A stretch of DNA of 64,000 nt. It comes from a bacterium (lineage in GTDB: Bacteria > Bdellovibrionota_C > UBA2361 > SZUA-149 > JAGRAN01). The translations under genes and the position numbers were made by a program. This document shows, piece by piece, positions 55,816 to 64,000 of the stretch (positions within the stretch are counted from its first letter, which is position 1; every line of letters starts with the position of its first letter). The DNA lies in contig JAUIIP010000001.1 in NCBI GenBank assembly GCA_030431555.1, positions 2,062 to 66,061 on the forward strand, written 5' to 3'. The notes below the pieces were generated by a model. The model worked only from the letters and a program-made list of their open reading frames with translations. It ran no database searches and had not been told where the DNA came from.

Positions 55816-57714
55816 TCAGCGTTGAAAAAAAGAATTCTTTGCCCAGCGGCCAAGCTCCATAACCGGAGCGGCAAAAAAATTCAAGTACTTCCTTGCCGTT
55901 CTATTATTCAAGAGGATAGCGGCCAAACGATCTATCGGTTCACTTGCCAAAATATCAAACTCCTCGGCTCGTCGCTCAGAGTGAAACTCTCGATAGCGCT
56001 CGGCAATATCGATTCCAGCCAGCGAAAGCTCAAAGCGCTCCTGATCTTCAACCTGCTCTTTACGGCTCTTAGACTCGTAGTGGTACGCGGTCGCTCGTGG
56101 AGAGTATATTGTCCGCCAACCGGTCTCTCTAGCAGTCTCGCAAAACAAAGCATCCCCAAAACCATTTGGGCATAAGAATTCATCAAGACCGCCGACCTCC
56201 TCAAACAACTCCCTACGAACCAGAGCCATCGCGAAGGACACACCGTCAACTTCTCGGCAGAGATCTTGGTACTCACCCACTGAATCCACATTTTTGGGGC
56301 CAAGAGCACTAAAAACGATGCCGCCGTGCTGGACGCTTGAATCGGGGTAAAAGAGCTTACCTCCGACAATTCCAACGTCCGGCAGCCGCATCCACCCCAG
56401 CATCCGAGCAATTGTCTTGGAGTCGAGCAATTCTACGTCGTTGTTAAGCCATAGGTAAAAGTCAGCATCTGCAGCTCGCGTTCCGACATTAATCAGACGT
56501 GCAAAATTAAAGTAGTCGGTGTCATTAACAAAGCGCACACGAAAAGCGCTGCTAACGCTTTCGTTAACAAACTGTCGAACTCTCTCGAGCTCTTCCGGAG
56601 CAGAGTTATTATTTACAAGCGACACACTGACTTCTCCCAGTCCCTGCTGCTTGCTAAGAGATTTTAGACATTTAATTGTATCGTCAGCACAGTCTCTGAA
56701 GGGAATAACTACGTTGAGGCGCCCTTCAACAGGTGCAAAAACTGGAGTAACGGCTCGGGCTGACAGAAGTCCTATCGACTCCTCATGCAGCTCTTCGAGC
56801 GGCAGTTCCAGCCGCTGAGCAATCAACGTGGACAGGTTTCGCACTGACTCGTAGTCAGGCAGATTTTTATTGAAACTACCGAGCGACTGAAAGCTTAATG
56901 AAAGCGGTATCAGCCTGGGGTCGGCTCCGGCCATCTGGGCTGAAGCCGCAAGAGTCCAAAAGAATACATTGCTGCTCGCAGCGTCCAGCAAGTTGTCTGC
57001 TAGAACGGTGCTTAGAAACTCTCTGCCAAAACACAGGCAGCCGCCGGTATGATCGAACGACAGTAAATCGTACGGACCGGGCTCAGAGCGTCTCATATAT
57101 TTTGAGGCGACTTTAAAGCTACTGCGCATTACGAGGTGATTACTAAATAGAACAGGAGAATCGAGTGCAATTGCATTTTTGACAGCGATGAACAGCGCTT
57201 GAGGGTTTAAGATAAGCTCTTTATCAAGCAGCAGCACTCGACGCGACTCCATTCCAGAGACCGTCTCTCGCAGGAGGTCGATATCGACCTCTTCTTCCAC
57301 TTGCACCGCCGAAAGCCGTCCGGCAAGTATGGGAAAGTCTAGGGTGCATTCTTGAAGCAGCGTATGCGACGCTCCAAACAACACTATCTCAGTCGGCGGC
57401 AAACTCTGGCAGGAGATGGAGTGAAGGAGCAATTTGATGTTTTTGCGCTCCGCTCCAGCGCAAAAAGCAATTAGCGCTATCGTTTCATCCTTAAGTTCAG
57501 TACGAGCAAAGCTGTTCTGCCAAGCACATGCCCGCTCGAGGAGCTCCAACTTTCTGCGAACACCCGGCAGTAGCTGCAAGGCAGTAGTCGCCAGCGCTGT
57601 TTCGGCAATCGCGCAGCGCTGCAGGCCCGCGTCAGCTTGAGCTGCCCTCTCAATTGGAAGAATGTTCTCCGATCTAGCGTTCATACTCGCGGCAGTATAT
57701 TTGCACAGTTCCAA
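55816..57714 (-). CDS. Family 2 glycosyltransferase (degenerate N-terminal plus intact C-terminal GT2 domain; start uncertain)
   Basis: VVIPFRD, FNFARLIN, LNNDVE, VGIVG.KL.YPD..VQHGG, GGLDE, H.ES.SR. Confidence 0.88.
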   Translation of the reverse strand: MELCKYTAASMNARSENILPIERAAQADAGLQRCAIAETALATTALQLLPGVRRKLELLERACAWQNSFARTELKDETIALIAFCAGAERKNIKLLLHSISCQSLPPTEIVLFGASHTLLQECTLDFPILAGRLSAVQVEEEVDIDLLRETVSGMESRRVLLLDKELILNPQALFIAVKNAIALDSPVLFSNHLVMRSSFKVASKYMRRSEPGPYDLLSFDHTGGCLCFGREFLSTVLADNLLDAASSNVFFWTLAASAQMAGADPRLIPLSLSFQSLGSFNKNLPDYESVRNLSTLIAQRLELPLEELHEESIGLLSARAVTPVFAPVEGRLNVVIPFRDCADDTIKCLKSLSKQQGLGEVSVSLVNNNSAPEELERVRQFVNESVSSAFRVRFVNDTDYFNFARLINVGTRAADADFYLWLNNDVELLDSKTIARMLGWMRLPDVGIVGGKLFYPDSSVQHGGIVFSALGPKNVDSVGEYQDLCREVDGVSFAMALVRRELFEEVGGLDEFLCPNGFGDALFCETARETGWRTIYSPRATAYHYESKSRKEQVEDQERFELSLAGIDIAERYREFHSERRAEEFDILASEPIDRLAAILLNNRTARKYLNFFAAPVMELGRWAKNSFFQR

Positions 57715-57809
57715 TAAGGAAAGCCCAGGATCTAGGCAAGGACCTTAGACTGAAACTCCAGCCAAAAACCTGTGATTATCAGGGCTTAAATTTCGCTTAG
57801 TATGGCATG

Positions 57810-58646
57810 TCACCTTCGCGCACCGCGGCGAAACCTGGAGTCATTCCAATAGTCCGAGCCGCCCCAAAGCTTTTGCAGCGGCCACTTGCCCTTGCGTTGC
57901 GGAGCGGTCGCTGGGGGTTGCTTGCTCCATGTAACCTTGAGCGCACCGTTGGTGCTGAACGAAGACGGAGAATGGACCGTATATGGTCCGGAATCTTTCC
58001 AGACTTTACTGCCTGGAGCCTCAGGCTGCTGCTCCATACGATACGCGCCCCCATCCGTATAGAATACACCTGAATGCTTCCAAGTGCCCTTGGGACTCGG
58101 AAGCACAAACGAATAGCGTGACTCCGGCTCAATTGAGAGCTCTGCTGAACGCGGCCCGTCATTTGTGGAAATTTGAGCTGTCCAAATACCGACTAGTCGA
58201 CTGTCGACGCTGTGCTGCTTAGGTTCCGGAGTTCGTTCTTCAAAATCACTGGGCTGCAAGGCAGGCGGTGCACCATCCGACGCAAATTCTCTCGCTGCTC
58301 TTTGCGAGCTCTTACCTGAATGAAGTACTGAGTGGCCCGTCGGCTGATTGCACGCACGGATGTCCTTCACGACCGTTACGAACAACAACAGCGCAATTGC
58401 GCCGGCGACTGCCTTCCACACCCAGTCACACATGTCCGGCTGCAAAGAGTCGCCGAGGACAGATTCAGGTTTACTGTCAGGAGACACAGCGGAAGGAACA
58501 GGCGGCAGCGCCCCACAGGTTGGACAGCTTGGAGTTACTAAGCTGTCATAAACCTGGGCGCAGGCACAGCGCACAAGCCTGCTTGTCTGCACAGCTCCAT
58601 CGGCGATCGGTTCGCCATACGGCATTCCGCGCTTGCGGGCACTCAC
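57810..58646 (-). CDS. Zn-ribbon / TM / beta-domain protein (paralog 2)
   Basis: GTGA overlap with upstream stop; CAC...CPTC; TM; VDSRLVGIW...HSGVF...WKDSGPY. Confidence 0.75.
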   Translation of the reverse strand: MSARKRGMPYGEPIADGAVQTSRLVRCACAQVYDSLVTPSCPTCGALPPVPSAVSPDSKPESVLGDSLQPDMCDWVWKAVAGAIALLLFVTVVKDIRACNQPTGHSVLHSGKSSQRAAREFASDGAPPALQPSDFEERTPEPKQHSVDSRLVGIWTAQISTNDGPRSAELSIEPESRYSFVLPSPKGTWKHSGVFYTDGGAYRMEQQPEAPGSKVWKDSGPYTVHSPSSFSTNGALKVTWSKQPPATAPQRKGKWPLQKLWGGSDYWNDSRFRRGARR

Positions 58647-59323
58647 TTTACCTTTCCCCACTGCCCTGTCCCCAAGGCCCCCATCATCACAAACAGGTTG
58701 GAGCGTGGAACCGAATAGCTCCCGCCATCCTTCCAGCCTGTATTGGTAGAGCGCAGCTTCCATTTTCCATTTTGGGCGGAAAATTCGCCGGCGTGCTGAA
58801 CCGAAGCCATTCCTCCCGAGGTTTTAAAGGCGTAAGTACCGTCTGAGCGAACGTCGATCTGCCATATCTCTTCGCCGTTCATCGTCCGAACAGTCTGCTG
58901 CCATGTTCCAACCAACTTAGGATCGACGACACCGTCTGAGACTTTTGCGTCTACTCGCTCAAAGGCATCTGATCCAAACTTGCCCATCGGCGAGTCCGAC
59001 ATATCCAGATGCGCAACAGCCTCGCCTTGCGTTCCCGCCGACTGCGCCGTATCGCCAACAGTCTTGTCGCTGCCGCTTCGCAGCATCAAGTACACAAGGA
59101 AGACTGCGGCAAACGCCATTGAAATCTTTTTCCAGTCGCGCTGAGCCGCTTGAGGAGAATGTGAAATGTCAGGAGACGCCTCCAATGCCTGCGCAAGAGT
59201 CTGCTCCCGCGAACCACTCGAGACGCCAGCCGCTCCGCACTCAGGACATTTTTCATGCTTTATTAGATCAAACACTTCACCGCATACGCAGCGATGCATT
59301 TTCATCGATGCGTCTTCCGTCAT
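58643..59323 (-). CDS. Zn-ribbon / TM / beta-domain protein (paralog 1)
   Basis: ATGA overlap with upstream stop; CVC...CPEC; TM; VDPKLVGTW...HAGEF...WKDGGSY. Confidence 0.78.
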   Translation of the reverse strand: MTEDASMKMHRCVCGEVFDLIKHEKCPECGAAGVSSGSREQTLAQALEASPDISHSPQAAQRDWKKISMAFAAVFLVYLMLRSGSDKTVGDTAQSAGTQGEAVAHLDMSDSPMGKFGSDAFERVDAKVSDGVVDPKLVGTWQQTVRTMNGEEIWQIDVRSDGTYAFKTSGGMASVQHAGEFSAQNGKWKLRSTNTGWKDGGSYSVPRSNLFVMMGALGTGQWGKVK

Positions 59324-60333
59324 CCCCATGGATTCCACCAATTTCGTTTAACCGGTTTGGGCTGCGGGACCATCGACGAGCCCTGCTTGCCGCGATCAGC
59401 TTTCGGACCATCCGTCTTCCTGTCTTTCGTCTCTCTTTTCTCGGGAGGTTTCATGGCAGCTTCTTCCTTTTTGCGCTTTACATACTCGGCCACGATTTCA
59501 CGCTCTTTGGCCCGCTGCTCACTAGTCGCCTCAGTGAAGGCGACGTTGTAGTCACCCTCTTCGGGGTAATTAATGAAGCCAACCAGTTCCCAGGTCTTCT
59601 TGCCGTTTAGAACCAAGTCTGGAAGTTTGTGATCTGCAATCTTTGCGCCGAAGATACCCCCGCCTACCTTGCAGTCTTTAGTATTAGCATCCGCCCCGGG
59701 TAGATAGTAGTAAAGCTTGTAGCTGTTGCCGCCGGGCACATCGCGAATCATCCAAATGTCAGACCCAGGGCCTGAAGGATCGTCAACGTACTCGTCTCCG
59801 GACCAAAAATCAGTTTGTTTTATATTCGGATCGAAGTATGGCTGCGCATTCCCACCTTCGCCTTTAACTTGGGTATACAAATAAAGATTCACATCGATGC
59901 CGGTACATTCGAACCAGACGTCAATTAGGTAAGGAGTGCGCCATTCGAGTCGATTGTTTCGTTTGCTGAGCTTTTCGTTTTCCTTCTGATAGCGATTCTT
60001 CATCGCAGTAGCTTGGTCTAAACGGTCTCGCAGATCCGCCATGCGCCTATTGGCATCCTCAATCGCCCGCTTGGCCTCGCTTAGCTCTCGCAAAACCCGT
60101 TCAACATCTACGTCAGAGCCGGCCTCGCGAAACATTTTTTCGACTTGTTCTATTTTTTCCTGCGCCTTCTTAAGTTCGCGCTGCAGCTTCGCTACACTCT
60201 CAGAATTCTCCGGGCTACCCTCATAGTACCGTGCGAGGACGATAAGAATTATTAAGAAGGCTCCCATTGCCCCCGAGATGACATCCATCATCGAGAGGCT
60301 GAAGATGTTTATCTCTCGGTTACGCCGCTGCAT
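59320..60333 (-). CDS. MotB/ExbD-like TM anchor, coiled coil and YfaP(DUF2135)-like domain
   Basis: RRNREINIFSLSMMDVISGAMGAF (Asp in TM); ~90-aa coiled coil; DVNLYL...DD..GPG.D...PGG..Y..YY. Confidence 0.72.
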   Translation of the reverse strand: MQRRNREINIFSLSMMDVISGAMGAFLIILIVLARYYEGSPENSESVAKLQRELKKAQEKIEQVEKMFREAGSDVDVERVLRELSEAKRAIEDANRRMADLRDRLDQATAMKNRYQKENEKLSKRNNRLEWRTPYLIDVWFECTGIDVNLYLYTQVKGEGGNAQPYFDPNIKQTDFWSGDEYVDDPSGPGSDIWMIRDVPGGNSYKLYYYLPGADANTKDCKVGGGIFGAKIADHKLPDLVLNGKKTWELVGFINYPEEGDYNVAFTEATSEQRAKEREIVAEYVKRKKEEAAMKPPEKRETKDRKTDGPKADRGKQGSSMVPQPKPVKRNWWNPWG

Positions 60334-60354
60334 CAGGCAACACTCTAAGACTAA

Positions 60355-61173
60355 CTAGGCTGCTTCCTTCTCGACGTAGAGTCGATTAATCAAGTTCTTT
60401 AGGGTGTAGTCCCCCGCCCGGTTCATCGCCAACTCTTCGTTAGTTTGAACAATGTGTTGAAGCAGCACGAGAACTGCGCTGAGAACCAACGCGATAATTG
60501 TGGTATTGAAAGCAACGCTCAGACTCCCGGTAACCTTGCCGAGATCCATATGATCCGGGTCAACAAAGCCCAATGCGTTTGCAATGCCAACAACTGTACC
60601 AATGAAACCTACAGTCGGAATCGCCCAGACGACATACCGGGTAAGTGAATAGTTTAGATCAACTCTGTGGCTGATTAAATCTAGACTGCTGTTTAAAACA
60701 CTGACGGCCTGATCAACTGAGCGACTCGCTTGGAACTGAAGAATGCATAGATTTATCAAATACGGGAGAATGCCGGTATCCGCCGTAAAGCGATGGGCGA
60801 CAGACTGACGAATCTCACCTAGATCCTTTGCACGCAAAACAGTGTGATCATCTTCCGGGAGAAAACTTTCGCCGAGCAGTTTGATTTCCTGTCGTGCAGC
60901 CCAGGCGCGAAGAAAAAGCTCGCCTAGGCAAACGGCAAATAGAATGTACATCAAGTTCTGAATAGTCAGCGGGTACGGGAAGGAAGAGTAAACGGTATAA
61001 TCGAGCAAGAACACTGCCATCGAGCTGTCCTTCGGCAAGACTAACGTCAAGAAGGCAATCGTAAAACACGCTGCCCCAACTGCCATGCTTAGAACACGAG
61101 TTCTTGGAAGCTTAGTTAAGTGCGCGACCGCGGGTACTCTGAAGAATCCCGATACGAGGGATGACTCTGACAT
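60355..61173 (-). CDS. MotA/TolQ/ExbB proton-channel family protein
   Basis: WAIPTVGFIGTVVGI and LSVAFNTTIIAL motifs; AGGAG SD. Confidence 0.9.
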   Translation of the reverse strand: MSESSLVSGFFRVPAVAHLTKLPRTRVLSMAVGAACFTIAFLTLVLPKDSSMAVFLLDYTVYSSFPYPLTIQNLMYILFAVCLGELFLRAWAARQEIKLLGESFLPEDDHTVLRAKDLGEIRQSVAHRFTADTGILPYLINLCILQFQASRSVDQAVSVLNSSLDLISHRVDLNYSLTRYVVWAIPTVGFIGTVVGIANALGFVDPDHMDLGKVTGSLSVAFNTTIIALVLSAVLVLLQHIVQTNEELAMNRAGDYTLKNLINRLYVEKEAA

Positions 61174-61278
61174 GACACTGCTCTCCTAATAAGCCGCGAA
61201 ACCACCAGCCGAGCTTGCAGCTTAATAGCAGATACCACATTAAAACCATATGAGGGCACCTAGGGATTGCCCTGAGAG

Positions 61279-62223
61279 CTAACTCTGGGAACTGAATCGC
61301 TTCTTCAGTTCAGAGCCAATTCCGACTATGGACACGTGGTTTAAGGGGAATTCGAGTAGAACGTGAAGCAAACTGAGCAACAGCAGCGCTATCAATCCCA
61401 CGGTATAGTTGAACGCATACAACATTACCGCGAATATCCAGCCTCCGACTATCACCAGCAGTCTTCTGCGTGATATTTCATGCCAGCCGATAACCTTCGT
61501 CTTAGAGAACCAGTTTAAGTAGTGGTACGTATATGCGAAGGCGATAAACCGCATAACCGCGACAAGCACATCCCACGAACCTTCCAGCCCAAACATCCTA
61601 ACCAGCTCAGCCTGCACAGGCTTGAAGGGAGCAATTGCATTCTCTACATAGCTGCCTAAAACGTAACCATGAGCGGGAGGTGTAATGACGAAAAAAATTA
61701 AACCGCAAAACAAAAATACAGCAAACGACAGATAACCCGAGGCGCTCTCACTCTTCAGCGCGCCATATAAAATGAAAAGTCCTGTGAAAATGTAAACATG
61801 AACTATTGTCGGGAGCATAAGTGAAACAAGCACGCCAAAGCTGGGAAACCCAGCCAGCACCAGCCCGCAAAAAAGCAGCGCCACACCGAGCATTACCTTT
61901 TGAACAGTACGCTTTAAAATCACCATACCCAGTGCACTCGCAAAGGCGAGCCAGACCAAAATAGTATTGCTGTAGACGCCCGGCATGAACTGGTAATCCA
62001 GGCCGAGAGTGACCGGGACCGCTGGTACCATTAAAAATAAATAGTCGTATTTTCCCGTCGTGAAATAGTTGCGATCGTGAAGCCAGGAAATTTCAGTCAG
62101 GTAATGCAGGGGCCCCAGCACGGCATAAGAAAATAGGAACAGCTCATACGGCATGTAGTACGCAAACGCGCAGGAAACGAGCATTAAGAAGATGTTTAGA
62201 TAATTAATCTGGTTCAGCGTCAT
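61279..62223 (-). CDS. Multi-TM membrane protein with His motifs
   Basis: LGPLHYLTEI.WLH, HVYIFT, AYTYHYLNWFSK, HVLLEFPLN. Confidence 0.75.
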   Translation of the reverse strand: MTLNQINYLNIFLMLVSCAFAYYMPYELFLFSYAVLGPLHYLTEISWLHDRNYFTTGKYDYLFLMVPAVPVTLGLDYQFMPGVYSNTILVWLAFASALGMVILKRTVQKVMLGVALLFCGLVLAGFPSFGVLVSLMLPTIVHVYIFTGLFILYGALKSESASGYLSFAVFLFCGLIFFVITPPAHGYVLGSYVENAIAPFKPVQAELVRMFGLEGSWDVLVAVMRFIAFAYTYHYLNWFSKTKVIGWHEISRRRLLVIVGGWIFAVMLYAFNYTVGLIALLLLSLLHVLLEFPLNHVSIVGIGSELKKRFSSQS

Positions 62224-62321
62224 GAAAACAGGCCGGCAACACTTCTCCCTGCACTAAAATAGTGTACTTAGGATGACGAACCTTAGGCAAAGTCTCTGAG
62301 AAACAGGCTAAGTGCCTATAA

Positions 62322-63620
62322 TCACACCGCGTTAGCTGCCGCTTCCAGCCTTGACCGCAGCCTGACTATCAGAATGTAAGCCGTCATTCCCACAAAAAGA
62401 CTAATGCCCGCCGCAAGAATCATCCAGCGAATTGCTTGGTCGCCGTGAACACCGCGCGACATTTCTGCAAACACACCAGCCATAAAAATAGCGACTCCGT
62501 TCATTGCTTTCACAACCAAGTTGTAGACACCAAAAAACATACTGACAGAGTCACCGCCGGCTTCTCTTGCACAGTCAGTTATCGCTTCGCCTTCGAGCGC
62601 CAGCAGCATTGCAACCATCGGCCCACCGCACACAAATATAAGCATTGCGGTCACAAACGGCGAAACTATGATGTCTGCCCCGACAGCCGCGGCTGAGCAA
62701 TAAACCAACCCCAGCAAGATTGAAGAAACTACCAATACTTTCTCCCAGCCAAAACGCGTAGACAAACGCGGAGCAAAGATAAAACATGGAAGAGCAGCAG
62801 CCAGTAGTGGCCCAAGCAGAAGACTGACGTCCTGCTCCGTTCCCTTCAAGAGATCAACAGCAATGAAAGGCGCCGCCGAAGTCATTATCGTTAGCGACAT
62901 TTGCGATCCGCCCAGAAGCATGACAAGCCCAACAAACCGCGGCTGCTTGAATGCCCTCAGGAATGCAGTAGCTGGTGCAAATTCGCTGCTTTGATCCAAC
63001 GGCTCTAAATCTTGCGCAGGATGCGGATCCGCCAATACCGGACCGAGCATTCCGATTGACGCCAAGACACCAAAAACACACGCTCCCCAAAAGTAACCTA
63101 TCTGATCGACAAGCAGAGGTGATATGACAAAACCAATTCCTGTTGCGATCAGCAATCCTGCTCCAAGAAGATTTGAAAGCCGTCGCCTAAGATGTGGATC
63201 ACCTGACGAGTAGTCATCTATCAGGCTCCAGTAAGGTATGGCGTAAAACGTATAGCCGACAAAAAACAGAAACATCCCGAAAACAAGCACGCTCCAGCGC
63301 AGTGCGGTACTCATAGCTTCCGAAGGTAGAAAGCAAAGCGCCAGGCCAATGCCGGGCAGGAGCAGGGTAAAAATCAGAAGCTCTCTGCGTCTGCGACCCT
63401 TGCTGACCCAATAGTCACTGAGCGCCCCCGCAAAAGGATCGGTAACGCCGTCAAATAGGCGAAACGCCAACAGCACAGCTCCAACCGCGCCTGCTGCGAA
63501 CAGAGTATTGCCTCCGGCATCCGTCGTAGAAAATTTGATGATCCACTGAAAGAAGTACCGTGCCAAGCTCATCATACCGACCTGGCCGAGGGTAAACAGG
63601 CAAAGCTGACGTCGATTCAT
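62322..63620 (-). CDS. MFS transporter, GPH/MelB-like
   Basis: RLFDGVTDP..G..SD....GRRR, YTFY.IPY..L, about 12 TMs. Confidence 0.88.
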   Translation of the reverse strand: MNRRQLCLFTLGQVGMMSLARYFFQWIIKFSTTDAGGNTLFAAGAVGAVLLAFRLFDGVTDPFAGALSDYWVSKGRRRRELLIFTLLLPGIGLALCFLPSEAMSTALRWSVLVFGMFLFFVGYTFYAIPYWSLIDDYSSGDPHLRRRLSNLLGAGLLIATGIGFVISPLLVDQIGYFWGACVFGVLASIGMLGPVLADPHPAQDLEPLDQSSEFAPATAFLRAFKQPRFVGLVMLLGGSQMSLTIMTSAAPFIAVDLLKGTEQDVSLLLGPLLAAALPCFIFAPRLSTRFGWEKVLVVSSILLGLVYCSAAAVGADIIVSPFVTAMLIFVCGGPMVAMLLALEGEAITDCAREAGGDSVSMFFGVYNLVVKAMNGVAIFMAGVFAEMSRGVHGDQAIRWMILAAGISLFVGMTAYILIVRLRSRLEAAANAV

Positions 63621-63772
63621 ACGACTCTCCGGGAACAACAGCTCACACTTATGCTGCAAGCTTATTCCTTAGAACCAATCGACGCCACTAAGCAAATGAT
63701 GAAGACACAGCTGTTCGGACGAGAGATTCTCGCCGAAAAAGCAATCCGGGAGATTGCAGGCTGTGGCCTTTT

Positions 63773-63964
63773 TTAGCGAGGGTTGACCTTAACGGCACAA
63801 GGCCCTTTGCGACCTTCGCCAACTTCGAATTCGACGTCCTGGCCTTCCTTCAGAACTCCGCCATCGACTTCCGAGTGGTGGACGAAAATATCGTCGCCGC
63901 TGTCCTGCTGAATGAAGCCGTAACCTTTTTGATCATCAAACCACTTGACTTTACCTTGTGGCAT
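63773..63964 (-). CDS. cspA: Cold-shock domain protein
   Basis: GKVKWF...KGYGFI, DIFVH; AGGAGG SD. Confidence 0.96.
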   Translation of the reverse strand: MPQGKVKWFDDQKGYGFIQQDSGDDIFVHHSEVDGGVLKEGQDVEFEVGEGRKGPCAVKVNPR

Positions 63965-64000
63965 AATCTGCCTCCTACTTTTGTTTGTCTTAGCTGCCCG

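Noticed and set aside
59320..61173. Calling the motor pair Zorya ZorAB or flagellar MotAB
   Set aside because: The A subunit lacks the long ZorA tail, the B subunit lacks an OmpA-like domain, and no zorC/D/E or flagellar genes are adjacent

Overview
A gene-dense bacterial chromosomal segment of moderate GC, about 60 CDS, with no rRNA, tRNA, CRISPR array, integrase or transposase that I could recognise. Gene content (DUF6502, Flp-like pilin, orphan flagellins, Zn-ribbon Ser/Thr kinase) suggests a Bdellovibrionota/delta-proteobacterial-type organism, which is an inference only. Recognisable blocks: (1) HisKA_2 kinase, REC-Crp/Fnr fusion and c-type cytochrome, followed by general-stress genes (csbD, EEP, DUF4112, yciF, mscS) and an orphan curlin; (2) a divergent flagellin-like gene and a truncated flagellin; (3) a surface-modification block (GT-C with discoidin domain, HAD-UbiA, acyltransferase-3, HTTM pair); (4) two tandem Cys-rich secreted paralogs with TraH-like motifs next to a TraR/DksA-type Zn finger; (5) a polyphosphate cluster (ppk2, CYTH, ppk1, sixA, ppx); (6) a four-gene operon of MotA/ExbB-like, MotB-like/YfaP and two Zn-ribbon-TM-beta proteins. 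The best candidates for undescribed biology are that ion-motor operon, the TraH-like pair, and five scattered solo genes each bracketed by long hairpin-rich leaders and trailers whose G-U wobbles fall on the mRNA strand. All product calls come from motif recognition by eye; no database search was run.
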